NCBI GenBank assembly: GCA_963669175.1
Contig: OY769902.1
Coordinates: 1,152,001-1,216,000 of the forward strand
Direction: 5' to 3'
Length of the DNA: 64,000 bases
From: a bacterium
GTDB lineage: Bacteria > Electryoneota > Electryoneia > Electryoneales > Electryoneaceae
Shown: piece after piece, positions 19,781-29,677 of the stretch
Numbering within the stretch: the first letter of the stretch is position 1
Layout of the letters: every line of letters begins with the position of its first letter
The notes under the pieces: model-generated
Seen by the model: only the letters and a program-made list of their open reading frames with translations
Databases searched by the model: none
Told to the model about the DNA's origin: nothing
Translations under genes and position numbers: made by a program

Positions 19781-22720
19781 TCAATAATAGCTGCCGCTGA
19801 TGCTTCCGCTACCGCCCTGACCGCCACGCTGTTCGAACTTCACATCACGCAGCATGCTGGATTTCAGGCCGATGACGAGATAAAAACCGGGACGGAAGCC
19901 GAAGGGGCTCCATTGCAGGGTGCCCTGCCAGCAGTGCAGGTCGCGTGTGACCGCAATGGATCCCAGGGTGATGGAGCGATCCAGCAGGTCCATGCTGGTC
20001 GAATAGCTGAACGCCCAGTTCTGGGTCAGGTTCAGCGTCATATTTGCGGACAGCCGTAACGATTCCGAGGGGTACATCGGGTCTGTCATGCTCAGGTTGT
20101 ATCTCAGGCCACCACTGATTGTCCAGGGATCTTTCCCGCCAGCGGCTCGCCGGGCTCGATCCAACATAGGATCATCAAAACGGTCGGACTGGGAATCCAC
20201 CGGAGGTGGTCCTTCACCATTCTCGAAGTCCAGCGAATCCTGTTCCGCTTCTCTGTCTTGACGTGTCGGGGCGCTGCTCACGACAAAAGGACTGCCACCG
20301 GACATGGAATAGCCGACATTGGCCGACAGGTTAGTCAGACGCAGCAGGTTGATGCCTGCATTGGGACGATCCCAGTAAAACTTGTTGATCTGCCTTCGTC
20401 GTATGGTCCCGTTTTCTTCCCACTCCCCGATCTGATAGAAGCTGTGGGTGGCGCTCATGTCGAACGTGAGCCGTTTCAGCGGACCGGCCTGGGCCAGGTT
20501 CTCGATGACACGGAATGATGTGGAGAAATTACTCCATTTCATGCTGTCGGCAGCCATGTTCACGCTGGTGCTGAAATTCAGGTTGAACAGGTCTTTCTTG
20601 ACCTCTTCCTCTTCACCTTCCTTGTTCAGCACTCCGCGTTTCATCTGGAACAGGTTGTCCAGGCTGAAACGCAGGGCCATCTGGCGTCCGCGTGGGGTGC
20701 CGCTGTACGCGCTTCCGGCATACTTGTCATAGCTGGATTCGGTATCTGTGCTGTCATAGAGATAGGTGTAATAGTTCCATTCCGGGTCGCTATAGTCGGG
20801 ACGGAAGGTGAAATTGACCGATGGCGTTACAACGTGACGAATGGTTTTGACTGACCAGCGGTTGATATTGAAATAACCATACAGCTTGGTTGACGTGTTG
20901 AGCCCGGCAGATCCGATAGCACGCCCATACACGCCACGTTCCTGTATATTCTGCAGACTGCCGCCAATGGTCAGCGAGTAATCCCGTCGTTCGTTCAGCA
21001 AGTCTGCGTAGATGGTGGCGTTTGGGTTTACGGTAATGTATTTCATGACTTTCAAAGGCGAGTTTATACTGACTGTCTGTCGAATACCGCTGGTATATTC
21101 TTCGTGCAGGGTGCCGGTCGTAGGATCATTGTTGGTCATACCCTCACGAGTAACCTTCCGCAGGTTCTTCATGTTGGCGCTGTAATTCAGGGTGATATTT
21201 CGATACCAGGGATCTACTTCGTCTTCCTCGTCCATTTCGACTTCGATACGTTCTTCCGGACGCCGGTAAATAACATTGGGATCCTTGTCTTTTTTCTCGT
21301 CTTCACCGGGGAAGAGGGTAATCGTTGGCACACGAATACTGATCACCGGCAATTCCTGGCTATTCGCATCTGTCAGCAGGTTCTGCTTGTGACTCAGGTT
21401 GATGGTCGTGTTTACGCCATTGGTAAAACTCTTGGTGATCGTGGCGTCGGAATTCACATTTTTATTAACAATCTGGTTGGTGTTGTAGGAAGTGTTGTTG
21501 TAGTAGCCGCCGCTGGATACGTATTTACCGTTGATACGGATTTTCAATGTGGGATCGATATCCTGGTTGTGGGACCAGGCGACGTCAAAATCGCCACGCG
21601 AGCCTGACTGGTTGCTGTAGGAACCGTTAATGCGGCCATCCAGGACATAGCGTTTTTTGTAGTTGATATCATAACGGTGGAAGGTGCCGGCTTTTTCATA
21701 GAAGTCCATGATCATCTTGGCGTCCCAATACTCGGAACCGGCATAATAATAGCCGAAGCCGCGCAGGTTACGTCCCTTGGAACGATCGTCGCCATAGGTG
21801 GGGATCAGGATGCCGCTACGTCGTCCGGACTGAATAGAGAACACACCGAATGGCAGCGCGAAAACAGGCACATCGCCAAAACGCAGGACAATCGGCTCTG
21901 CGACCACTTTATCGCCACGGACCATTTTCATCTTGTTGCTGGTGAATCTGTAATGGGGTGGGTCTTCTTCACAACTGGTGAAATACCCGTCGTGAACGAA
22001 GAACACATCGTCCGTGATCTTCTGAAGCTCATCGCCCCCGTAATAGCCGACCTGATCCTTGGTTCTTCCTTTTACGACATAGCCCTGCTTGTTTTTCATG
22101 TTGAGCTTCATATTCGACCCGGTCATCACCTGGCCCTGGTCGGAGAAGGTCGGAAGCCCTTTGACAATAATTGTATCAATCTCGGTTTCTGTCGTATCGG
22201 TCCAAAGGGTGTCATACCCCTCTGAAGCCAGCATCATGTTGTTGTCCCAGTCCACGATGATCTCGTTCGCTTCCAGGGTGGACTGTTTGTACTTGACCTT
22301 GGCGCGTCCGGTCAGGATCGTAGTGCGTCGTGGAACATCGAACCGGATGTTTTCGGCTGAATAGGTAATGGTGGTATCGACCTGATCTTCGTCCTGGGGA
22401 CGCTCAGCAAGAGAATCAGCTTCAAGGGAATCTGTTAAGGTAGAGTCCATCGCCAGGGAATCCGCCAGGGTGGAGTCAACCGCCAGCGAGTCTGAAGTGT
22501 CGAGAGAATCTTCACGGGTTGAATCTGTCAGCGCAACATGCACTGAATCAAGGTGTCCGGCGTCTCCCAGGCTATCGGCAGTAGTGGTGTCCTCTGTTTT
22601 TCCCTGGGAGGTATGCGGTTTTTGCGTACCCTTGCCGAACCACCCGGCGCATCCGGCCAGGATTGCCGTAGCGAACAGCAACGCGAGGAAAATCGGAGCG
22701 TGAATGCGTCCACGGTTCAC
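19781..22720 (-). CDS. lptD: Putative LPS assembly protein LptD (Bacteroidota type), lipobox LAGC
   Basis: OstA-like N-domain, FTSC..PHY, RSGILIPTYG and RDLHCW motifs. Confidence 0.8.
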   Translation of the reverse strand: MNRGRIHAPIFLALLFATAILAGCAGWFGKGTQKPHTSQGKTEDTTTADSLGDAGHLDSVHVALTDSTREDSLDTSDSLAVDSTLADSLAMDSTLTDSLEADSLAERPQDEDQVDTTITYSAENIRFDVPRRTTILTGRAKVKYKQSTLEANEIIVDWDNNMMLASEGYDTLWTDTTETEIDTIIVKGLPTFSDQGQVMTGSNMKLNMKNKQGYVVKGRTKDQVGYYGGDELQKITDDVFFVHDGYFTSCEEDPPHYRFTSNKMKMVRGDKVVAEPIVLRFGDVPVFALPFGVFSIQSGRRSGILIPTYGDDRSKGRNLRGFGYYYAGSEYWDAKMIMDFYEKAGTFHRYDINYKKRYVLDGRINGSYSNQSGSRGDFDVAWSHNQDIDPTLKIRINGKYVSSGGYYNNTSYNTNQIVNKNVNSDATITKSFTNGVNTTINLSHKQNLLTDANSQELPVISIRVPTITLFPGEDEKKDKDPNVIYRRPEERIEVEMDEEDEVDPWYRNITLNYSANMKNLRKVTREGMTNNDPTTGTLHEEYTSGIRQTVSINSPLKVMKYITVNPNATIYADLLNERRDYSLTIGGSLQNIQERGVYGRAIGSAGLNTSTKLYGYFNINRWSVKTIRHVVTPSVNFTFRPDYSDPEWNYYTYLYDSTDTESSYDKYAGSAYSGTPRGRQMALRFSLDNLFQMKRGVLNKEGEEEEVKKDLFNLNFSTSVNMAADSMKWSNFSTSFRVIENLAQAGPLKRLTFDMSATHSFYQIGEWEENGTIRRRQINKFYWDRPNAGINLLRLTNLSANVGYSMSGGSPFVVSSAPTRQDREAEQDSLDFENGEGPPPVDSQSDRFDDPMLDRARRAAGGKDPWTISGGLRYNLSMTDPMYPSESLRLSANMTLNLTQNWAFSYSTSMDLLDRSITLGSIAVTRDLHCWQGTLQWSPFGFRPGFYLVIGLKSSMLRDVKFEQRGGQGGSGSISGSYY

Positions 22721-24117
22721 CGGCTTTCCTCCCCGTTGGAGGCGTCGGGTTTTGACCCTGCGCGGATCTGTTCACGGATTCGATCCAGTTCCTCAAGCCG
22801 ATGTTTGATTTTCGCTTCAGCCCCGAAGTTCTTCGGACGGTAGAATTTTCTTCCGGCCAGTTCTTCGGGCAGACACGGCATTGCGGAAGTGGCGTTGGCC
22901 TCGTTGTGGGCGTATACATACCCTTCGCCGTATCCCTGCGCCTTCATCAGCTTGGTCGGTGCGTTCCGTATCTGGAGCGGGATAGGCGGGAGGTTGCCTT
23001 TTCGGACCTCTTCCTGGGCTTCGTTGATCGCAACATAGGCCGCGTTGGATTTCTCACTGGCGGCGAGGTATGTGGTGACTTGCGATAAAACGATTCTACC
23101 CTCCGGCATCCCGATCTTGTGTACCGCATCAAAGCCGGCCTGGGCCAGCAGCAGGGCGTTGGGGTTGGCATTGCCGACATCTTCGCTGGCGAGGATAATC
23201 AGACGGCGTGCGATGAACAAGGGATCTTCACCAGCCTCGATCATGCGCGCCAGGTAGTACACCGCTGCATCCGGGTCACTGTTCCGAACGCTCTTGATGA
23301 AGGCGCTGATGGTGTCGTAATGCCGGTCGCCGCTCTTGTCATAACGTGATAAGGCTTGTGCAGCGACAGTTTCCAGCAGTTTGAGATCGACACGCTTTTT
23401 CTTCAGGTGCCTAGCACGCTCCAGCGAGCGTTCCAGCAGGTTCAAACATTCGCGCGCATCCCCGGAGGCCAGTGCAATCAGCGCTGTACGGGCTTTCTTG
23501 TCCAGAAGAATGCCGGCTTCACTGGTTTCCGGATCAGCCTGGTAGACATGGCCAATCAGGCTGCTCAATTCATCTTTGTTCAAGGGGTTGAAACGGTACA
23601 CCCTGCACCGTGACAATAAAGGTGCGATTACTTCAAATGACGGATTTTCGGTAGTAGCGCCGATAAGGGTAACAACACCCTCTTCGACTGCATGCAGTAG
23701 CGCGTCCTGCTGGGCTTTGTTGAAACGGTGGATTTCGTCGATGAACAGAACCGTTCTGCGTTCCTGTCTGCGCATGGTTGTCGCACGGTCAATCACCTGG
23801 CGAACATCTTTCACACCGCTGGTGACTGCGGAGAGCTGAAGGAAATCGGCATCAACATGGCCTGCCAGTAAACGTGCCAGGGTTGTCTTGCCGATCCCAG
23901 GGTCTCCCCAGAAAATCATGGAATGCAGTTTGCCGGAATCGAGCAGGGGACGAAGAGCGCCCTGTTTGCCAACAAGGTGCCGCTGCCCGAAGAAGGATGA
24001 CAACTCGGCAGGGCGCATGCGTTCAGCCAGGGGAAGACCGGCAGCATGTGCGTCTCTCCCTGGCGCAGCGGGTGTACCCGGGGCAAACAGGTTTTCGTTC
24101 TGAGTTGTCTCCAGCAT
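22717..24117 (-). CDS. rarA: Replication-associated recombination protein A
   Basis: PLAERMRP, GDPGIGKTT, FIDEIHRFNKAQQD, ATTENPSF and SAFIKSVR motifs. Confidence 0.95.
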   Translation of the reverse strand: MLETTQNENLFAPGTPAAPGRDAHAAGLPLAERMRPAELSSFFGQRHLVGKQGALRPLLDSGKLHSMIFWGDPGIGKTTLARLLAGHVDADFLQLSAVTSGVKDVRQVIDRATTMRRQERRTVLFIDEIHRFNKAQQDALLHAVEEGVVTLIGATTENPSFEVIAPLLSRCRVYRFNPLNKDELSSLIGHVYQADPETSEAGILLDKKARTALIALASGDARECLNLLERSLERARHLKKKRVDLKLLETVAAQALSRYDKSGDRHYDTISAFIKSVRNSDPDAAVYYLARMIEAGEDPLFIARRLIILASEDVGNANPNALLLAQAGFDAVHKIGMPEGRIVLSQVTTYLAASEKSNAAYVAINEAQEEVRKGNLPPIPLQIRNAPTKLMKAQGYGEGYVYAHNEANATSAMPCLPEELAGRKFYRPKNFGAEAKIKHRLEELDRIREQIRAGSKPDASNGEESR

Positions 24118-24632
24118 CCCTGTCGCGAAAATTTCTGGTCTTTTCCGGGTCTATGGCCCCGGCCTACCGCAAAACAAGATAAGGTAGGCCCGAAGGGACA
24201 AGAGGGGCAAGTTACATGGTTCCAGGCTATTGTTTACCCGGCGCTCAGTCAGGGATCACTATTCGAACAGGATGTGGATACTTAGCCTCTATTGACTTCG
24301 CAAGGTATGGAGCCAAAAACACTCGTCTCAAAGCGGGGGGAATACTGCTATTGCGCATGGCAGGCCTGTTTTCCTAGTTTGTTACCCCGGAGGGTGTCAC
24401 AACCATCTCATATCTCTAGTCAAGTCGATTTTTACACTTGGGCTTGAATAATTGTCTACAAATGGGTAAACTATACTATTGTCCAGGGAGAACAAGTTTC
24501 TCTGTGGAGTCTGGTGGGATTGCCGGTTTAATTAAAAATTGGCATATTACTTTCTTGTAGCGTTGTGCAGACAGACTGGTTTTTTCGTTTTGAAAGTCAG
24601 ATACAGCTAGCCATAGGTAAAAGGAGATCAAG

Positions 24633-26669
24633 ATGCAAAAGCGATCTGCGCTGAGCCTTCTTTTCATTGGGCTGCTTGTTGTTTCAAGCGCTCACGCCTT
24701 CCCGCGCACAAAAGTTCTGTATGAGAACTTCTCGGCGGACTGGTGACCATACTGCGGACCAGCGTCGCTGGTCCTCGACAACTTTTACAACGACGTGAAC
24801 TACGAAGCTGCTATTATCACGTACAGCACTTCAGGGAGCGATCCGTTCAGGGCGTACAATTCTGCCTATCACACCGCCCGTGCGACTTATTACGGGGCAA
24901 GCGGGATTCCGCATTGCTGGTGCGACGGAGTGCTGGATTTCCACCCTGGTTCTGCAAGCAACCTGACCAATGCGTACAACCAGCGCATAAACGATGATTG
25001 TCCGATTTCAATCGACATCTTCGCTGCTGCCGCCGGTGACGAGGTCAGTGTGACGGCAACGGTGAACAGCGGTGATGAAGCTGTAAATGGCAGCTATGTC
25101 TTGCATATGGCTCTTGTCTGCCTGGATTGGAGCCACTACAACTATAACGCCGGCCAGGAGTATGGCCATCATAGCCTTTTGGACATGTCGCCGAATGCCA
25201 GTGGGCAGACTTTCGCGATTGATGCGAATTCCACGGAAACCTTTACGGGTTCATTCGAGTGGCCGATCACGTTGCAGGGCTATGAGATTGAATTCGACAA
25301 TGTTGAAGTTATTGTCTGGGTACAGAACACGACCACGGATGATGTGATCCAGTGCCAGGCCAGCGAGCTGGCGACGGACTACATGTTTACGGCAGAAGCG
25401 GAAGTGCTTAATTCGCTGGCGCCTGTCGGCGTAGCTCAAAGCTTTGATATCGACATTGACAATGTTGGGTTACAGCAGGATACATACGATATCACAGTTT
25501 CCTCTGATCTTCCCGATACCTGGAGTTTCAGTTACACAACCCCGGATGGCGACCAGAGCGGCAACTCTACCCTTACAGTTGCTTCCATGGAAAGCTATAC
25601 CAGCACTCTTACCATCACACCGGATGATGTCGAAGGCGCTTCAGGAAGCATGGAAATTACTATCTCGTCACAGACAGTTCCGGCAATGAGCTATTCATTC
25701 CCGTTCTTCGTGATGAATACGCCGCGCGTGCTGGTGGTAAATGGTGACCCGGAAGGCAACTACGGTGATTTCTACGAAAGCGCCATTGAAAACGCTGCAA
25801 ACATCAATTTGGACGGAAATCTGAGCTGGGGTGTCTGGCCGGTATATGAGAATGAATTGACCGCATTCGATCTTGCTTTCGTTTCTTCAGAACTGATGAT
25901 CTGGTTTATTGGTGATGGTGGCAATATCCAGGACACACACGTTTCCGGACTGGTGTCCTATCTGAACCAGGGCCACAACCTGTGGATCAGTGGCAGCGCT
26001 TCACCACAGCGTATTGATGATACCGTATTGTTAAGTATGATGGGGGCCGATTACCAGGGCACCTATCCGTCAGGAGTATCGGTTTCCGGTGTTGATGGTG
26101 ACCCGGTTGGCGATGGCCTGACCCTTAACCTTGGCGGTGGCGACGGTGCAGATAACCTTGGTGTGCCAACATCCATGACCCTCGATGGCGGCACCCAGTG
26201 CATCATGTACTCGGCTATTCGTCGCGCAGGTGTCCGTAACGAAGGCGAAACAGGCTATCGCACACTTCTGCTTGGCTTCCCGTTTGAAGCCATTGCCGAT
26301 GAAGACAGCCGTAACACCTTCATGCTTCAAGCTTTGGGGTGGTTAGTTCCCGCGGGCTGGGGAGATGCGCCGGAGCTGGGGGGTCATTCTACCCCACAGG
26401 AGTTCAGCCTGAGTCAGAATCATCCGAACCCCTTCAACCCAACCACAGAGATCGCGTTTAACCTGCCCGCCCGTGCGGAGGTATCGGTAACCGTGTATGA
26501 TGTGATGGGACGTGAAGTGGTACGGTTGGCGAATGGAACGTACACCGCAGGCAGCCATCAGCTTACGTTTGACGGCAGCCACCTGGCCAGCGGCGTCTAT
26601 TTCTGCCGTATGACCGTGACCGGTGAACAGAGTTTCGAAGCCACGCGAAAGATGATGCTGATGAAGTAA
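24633..26669 (+). CDS. Secreted Omp28/thioredoxin-fold selenoprotein (UxxC, Sec38) with T9SS CTD, 678 aa
   Basis: AAGGAG RBS, ATG 24633, signal peptide MQKRSALSLL..AHA, VLYENFSADW-TGA(24744)-PYC in frame with ORF 24795-26669; the paralog has CSPC at the same place. Confidence 0.85.
24756..24774 (+). promoter_or_regulatory. Candidate bacterial SECIS hairpin
   Basis: GGACCAGC-GTC-GCTGGTCC; the loop starts with G after a 17-nt spacer from the TGA. Confidence 0.65.
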
Positions 26670-26768
26670 CCTGCTTGGTATCTTGAATCCGTTTGTGTAG
26701 TTTATTTATAGAACGGAGATTCTCTTCTGGTGGACCGATTCACATGGATCGGTCCACCAGGAAACAGT

Positions 26769-26798
26769 AAGCCCGATGGGAATCCGTCGGGTTTTTTC
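26769..26798 (+). terminator. Rho-independent terminator (intron target)
   Basis: aagcccgatgg-gaat-ccgtcgggtttttt. Confidence 0.8.
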
Positions 26799-26800
26799 TG

Positions 26801-27464
26801 GTGTGCCAGGCATGGTGTATCGCTAATGGGGTGCAAGTCCCCTGTGGGCCTTGATGACAGGAACCAGTAGCCCAAGGCAAGGGCGTCGTCGTGAGGCGGG
26901 GTCTGGAGGAAGCCGGAGGCGGATGTTGGACTCGACGAACAGGAATCGGATAGAAGGCCGTCTCAGCAGGGTAACGTGGCCATGGACACGGACGCCCGAT
27001 GTCATCCGGATGCTGTGACGGTAAATCCGGCGAGGGCCAACAGAAAGCGGTACATCTTACCCTGGGAGGCCTCACAGTCTGTCGGTATGATGCCGACTAC
27101 CGGTCCAGCGATGGAAGGGAAGGGCGGTGAGGAGTCAGCCGAGGCCATAGTAGTCACCCACCGGGTGATGAAGGGCCGAATCCTTTGATGCAAGGAGCAG
27201 TCTTGTATTCTCAGAAGTCATGGAGTTGCTGCAAAGAGGATGTTGATCTGGAAAAGACAACATCACGCCACGATACGTCTGGTAACCGCAGAACGAGAAC
27301 TGGGGTATTCGAGGAGTAACAAATGCTTCTGGCGTTGACCAAAGCACGAGCCTTGGCGGTTGTTTACCGCAACCGTTCCCACATCGAAGGAAACCGCCGT
27401 GGTACCGAGCAGGTATGCCCGGTGGTGTGAGAGAGGGGCATCGTGAGATGCCCCCCTACTCGAT
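26801..27464 (+). mobile_element. ORF-less group II intron, class IIC
   Basis: 5' GTGTG; domain V ACCGCCGTGGTACCGAGCAGGTATGCCCGGTGGT with CGC triad; domain VI hairpin ending CTACTCGAT; inserted just after a terminator; no RT ORF in 664 nt. Confidence 0.88.
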
Positions 27465-27568
27465 TCGTCAAGATAGCACGTTGAAAAAGCGAACATATTT
27501 ATCGAGAAAGAAGATAGAGTAGGAGAACCATTAACAGAACGATAATCATTGTGCGAGGGGGGAAAAAG

Positions 27569-29599
27569 ATGCAGAAAGTGAGGTTGCTGCTGACAGTGTG
27601 TGTGTTCCTTTCTGTTGTTTCAGCAGGGGGCAGTTTTGCTTATGACCGTGTAGTTCTGATTGAAGATTTCACAAATATAAATTGTTCACCTTGCTTTGAA
27701 GTTGCTTCAAGGCTGTATAATTTTATTGATAATAATATGGAAGATGTTGCTGTTGTAATAACGCATACATATTGGGAAGAAGATGATGATCCCTGGTTTT
27801 TGCATGCTATGGATGCCTCTATAACACGAATGGAATATTACGATGTGCCTGGGATACCATACTTGTTGATGGACGGACAACATATCGCTTATGCCCCGGG
27901 TATCATGCAAAACACCCTCCAGAGCCTGATGGAACAGGAAAGCCCGGTCGAGATCGAGTTGCTTCCGATTGTTATGGATGGAGATTCTGTTCATGTCCTG
28001 GTAACTGTGAACAGTGGTGATGAAGAGGTTGTAGGCAATTATTATTGTTTAAGGGTAGCACTGGTTGAATACTATTCACCCTATGAAGCGCCGAATGGAC
28101 AGGATGATTGGTACTATGGCTTGCATGCTTACCAACCGGATGCGGACGGAACAGCTTTTTCAATTGAAGCCAACTCCACAGAGGACTTCCAGTTCACATT
28201 TGAATGGTCAGATCGGTATGACGCAGAAAACCTCAGAGTGACAGCCTATATCCAGAATGACTACAACCGTGAGGTTATTCAGGCTGCAATGTCAACGCCT
28301 GTTCCTTATTATGCTTTCACGGCCGAAACCACGGAATACAGATCGATTTGTGATCCGAACAGCATGGTTGAGTTCGAAATTAATCTTGAGAATCTGGGGT
28401 ATATGGCCGATACATATGCTGTCGAACTCAATTCAGGAATGCCGGATTCATGGTCTATAACCTATTCTACCCCGGACGGCGAGCAGTCTGGGAACAGTAG
28501 CATTTCGCTTGATGCCGGTGAAGTATATCCTGTTCATGTGTCTATTGAAACAGACGAAGAAAGGGGCGCGTCCGGTTTGTTGACCCTGACATTCATTTCT
28601 TCAGCCGACCCTGAAGAAACCTGTGAGGTCAGTTATTATGTATTGAATACGCCACATGTGCTTGTAATCAATGGCGATTCCGACGATTCATATGAGGACT
28701 ATTTTTCCGGATCCCTTGGCTATGCATCGGAAGCTATACGGGACGAGCCCCTCAGTTACAGCGTCTGGCCCATTTGGCAGTATGACTTGGACGCGTTTGA
28801 TTTGGGTAGGCTTTCGGCAGAGGCTATTATCTGGTTTACGGGCGATCATGGCAGTTTTACCGATGCCCATTTGATGGGCCTTCGTTCTTACCTGATCAAC
28901 GGCGGGAATCTCTGGATTAGTGGCAGTGGCGCGCCACAAAGCATTGATGGGACAAACCTGCTGAATATGATGGGCGTAGAATCCCATGATAACTATCCGA
29001 GCGCTTCAGTTGCCTATGGAGTTGATGATGATCCGGTGGGGGATAACCTGTCATTTAATCTGTGCGGTGGCGATGGCGCGGACAATCTGGGTAATCCTGC
29101 AACATTGACTGCAAACAATGGTACTCCGTGTCTCATGTACTACGCCAACTGTTGCGCCGGTATGCGCAATGGGGGACAACTTGGTTATCGCACGTTACTA
29201 CTTGGATTTCCCTTCGAGGCCATCGCGGATAGCAACAGTCGGAACGAACTAATGTTGCAGGCATTGAGCTGGTTGGTTGAAAATGAGTCCAATATTTGTC
29301 CAGCTCAGCAGGAGAATGTATTACCCGGGGCATTCAGCTTATACCAGAATCATCCGAACCCCTTCAACCCGACCACAGAGATCGTGTTCACCCTTCCTGA
29401 CCGTGCGGAGGTATCGGTTACTGTGTTTGATGTGATGGGACGTGTAGTGGTCCATTTGGCGAACGGAACATGCACCGCCGGCAGTCATCAGCTTACGTTC
29501 GACGGTAGCCACCTGGCCAGCGGCGTCTATTTCTGCCGTATGACTGTGACCGGTGAACAGAGTTTCGAAGCCACGCGAAAGATGATGCTGATGAAGTAA
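27569..29599 (+). CDS. Omp28/thioredoxin-fold (CxxC) secreted protein with T9SS CTD, paralog of the selenoprotein
   Basis: VVLIEDFTNINCSPC; collinear with the 24633 protein; nearly identical CTD DNA. Confidence 0.85.
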   Translation: MQKVRLLLTVCVFLSVVSAGGSFAYDRVVLIEDFTNINCSPCFEVASRLYNFIDNNMEDVAVVITHTYWEEDDDPWFLHAMDASITRMEYYDVPGIPYLLMDGQHIAYAPGIMQNTLQSLMEQESPVEIELLPIVMDGDSVHVLVTVNSGDEEVVGNYYCLRVALVEYYSPYEAPNGQDDWYYGLHAYQPDADGTAFSIEANSTEDFQFTFEWSDRYDAENLRVTAYIQNDYNREVIQAAMSTPVPYYAFTAETTEYRSICDPNSMVEFEINLENLGYMADTYAVELNSGMPDSWSITYSTPDGEQSGNSSISLDAGEVYPVHVSIETDEERGASGLLTLTFISSADPEETCEVSYYVLNTPHVLVINGDSDDSYEDYFSGSLGYASEAIRDEPLSYSVWPIWQYDLDAFDLGRLSAEAIIWFTGDHGSFTDAHLMGLRSYLINGGNLWISGSGAPQSIDGTNLLNMMGVESHDNYPSASVAYGVDDDPVGDNLSFNLCGGDGADNLGNPATLTANNGTPCLMYYANCCAGMRNGGQLGYRTLLLGFPFEAIADSNSRNELMLQALSWLVENESNICPAQQENVLPGAFSLYQNHPNPFNPTTEIVFTLPDRAEVSVTVFDVMGRVVVHLANGTCTAGSHQLTFDGSHLASGVYFCRMTVTGEQSFEATRKMMLMK

Positions 29600-29624
29600 C
29601 GATATAGTTTCATGGGTTAATAGA

Positions 29625-29658
29625 GAACAGCCCGGCAGGTTTCCTGCCGGGCTGTTCA
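29625..29658. terminator. Hairpin between convergent genes
   Basis: gaacagcccggcagg-ttt-cctgccgggctgttc. Confidence 0.7.
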
Positions 29659-29677
29659 TCAGGCAACAATCAATAGC

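Noticed and set aside
24744-24746. TGA as a simple nonsense mutation or genome-wide UGA recoding
   Set aside because: It falls exactly on the first Cys position of a CxxC motif with a downstream hairpin, and TGA terminates other genes here. Sec is the better explanation, though a pseudogene is not formally excluded.
26740-27496. Short ORFs within the intron region
   Set aside because: They overlap structured intron RNA and have no RT (YADD) or maturase motifs.
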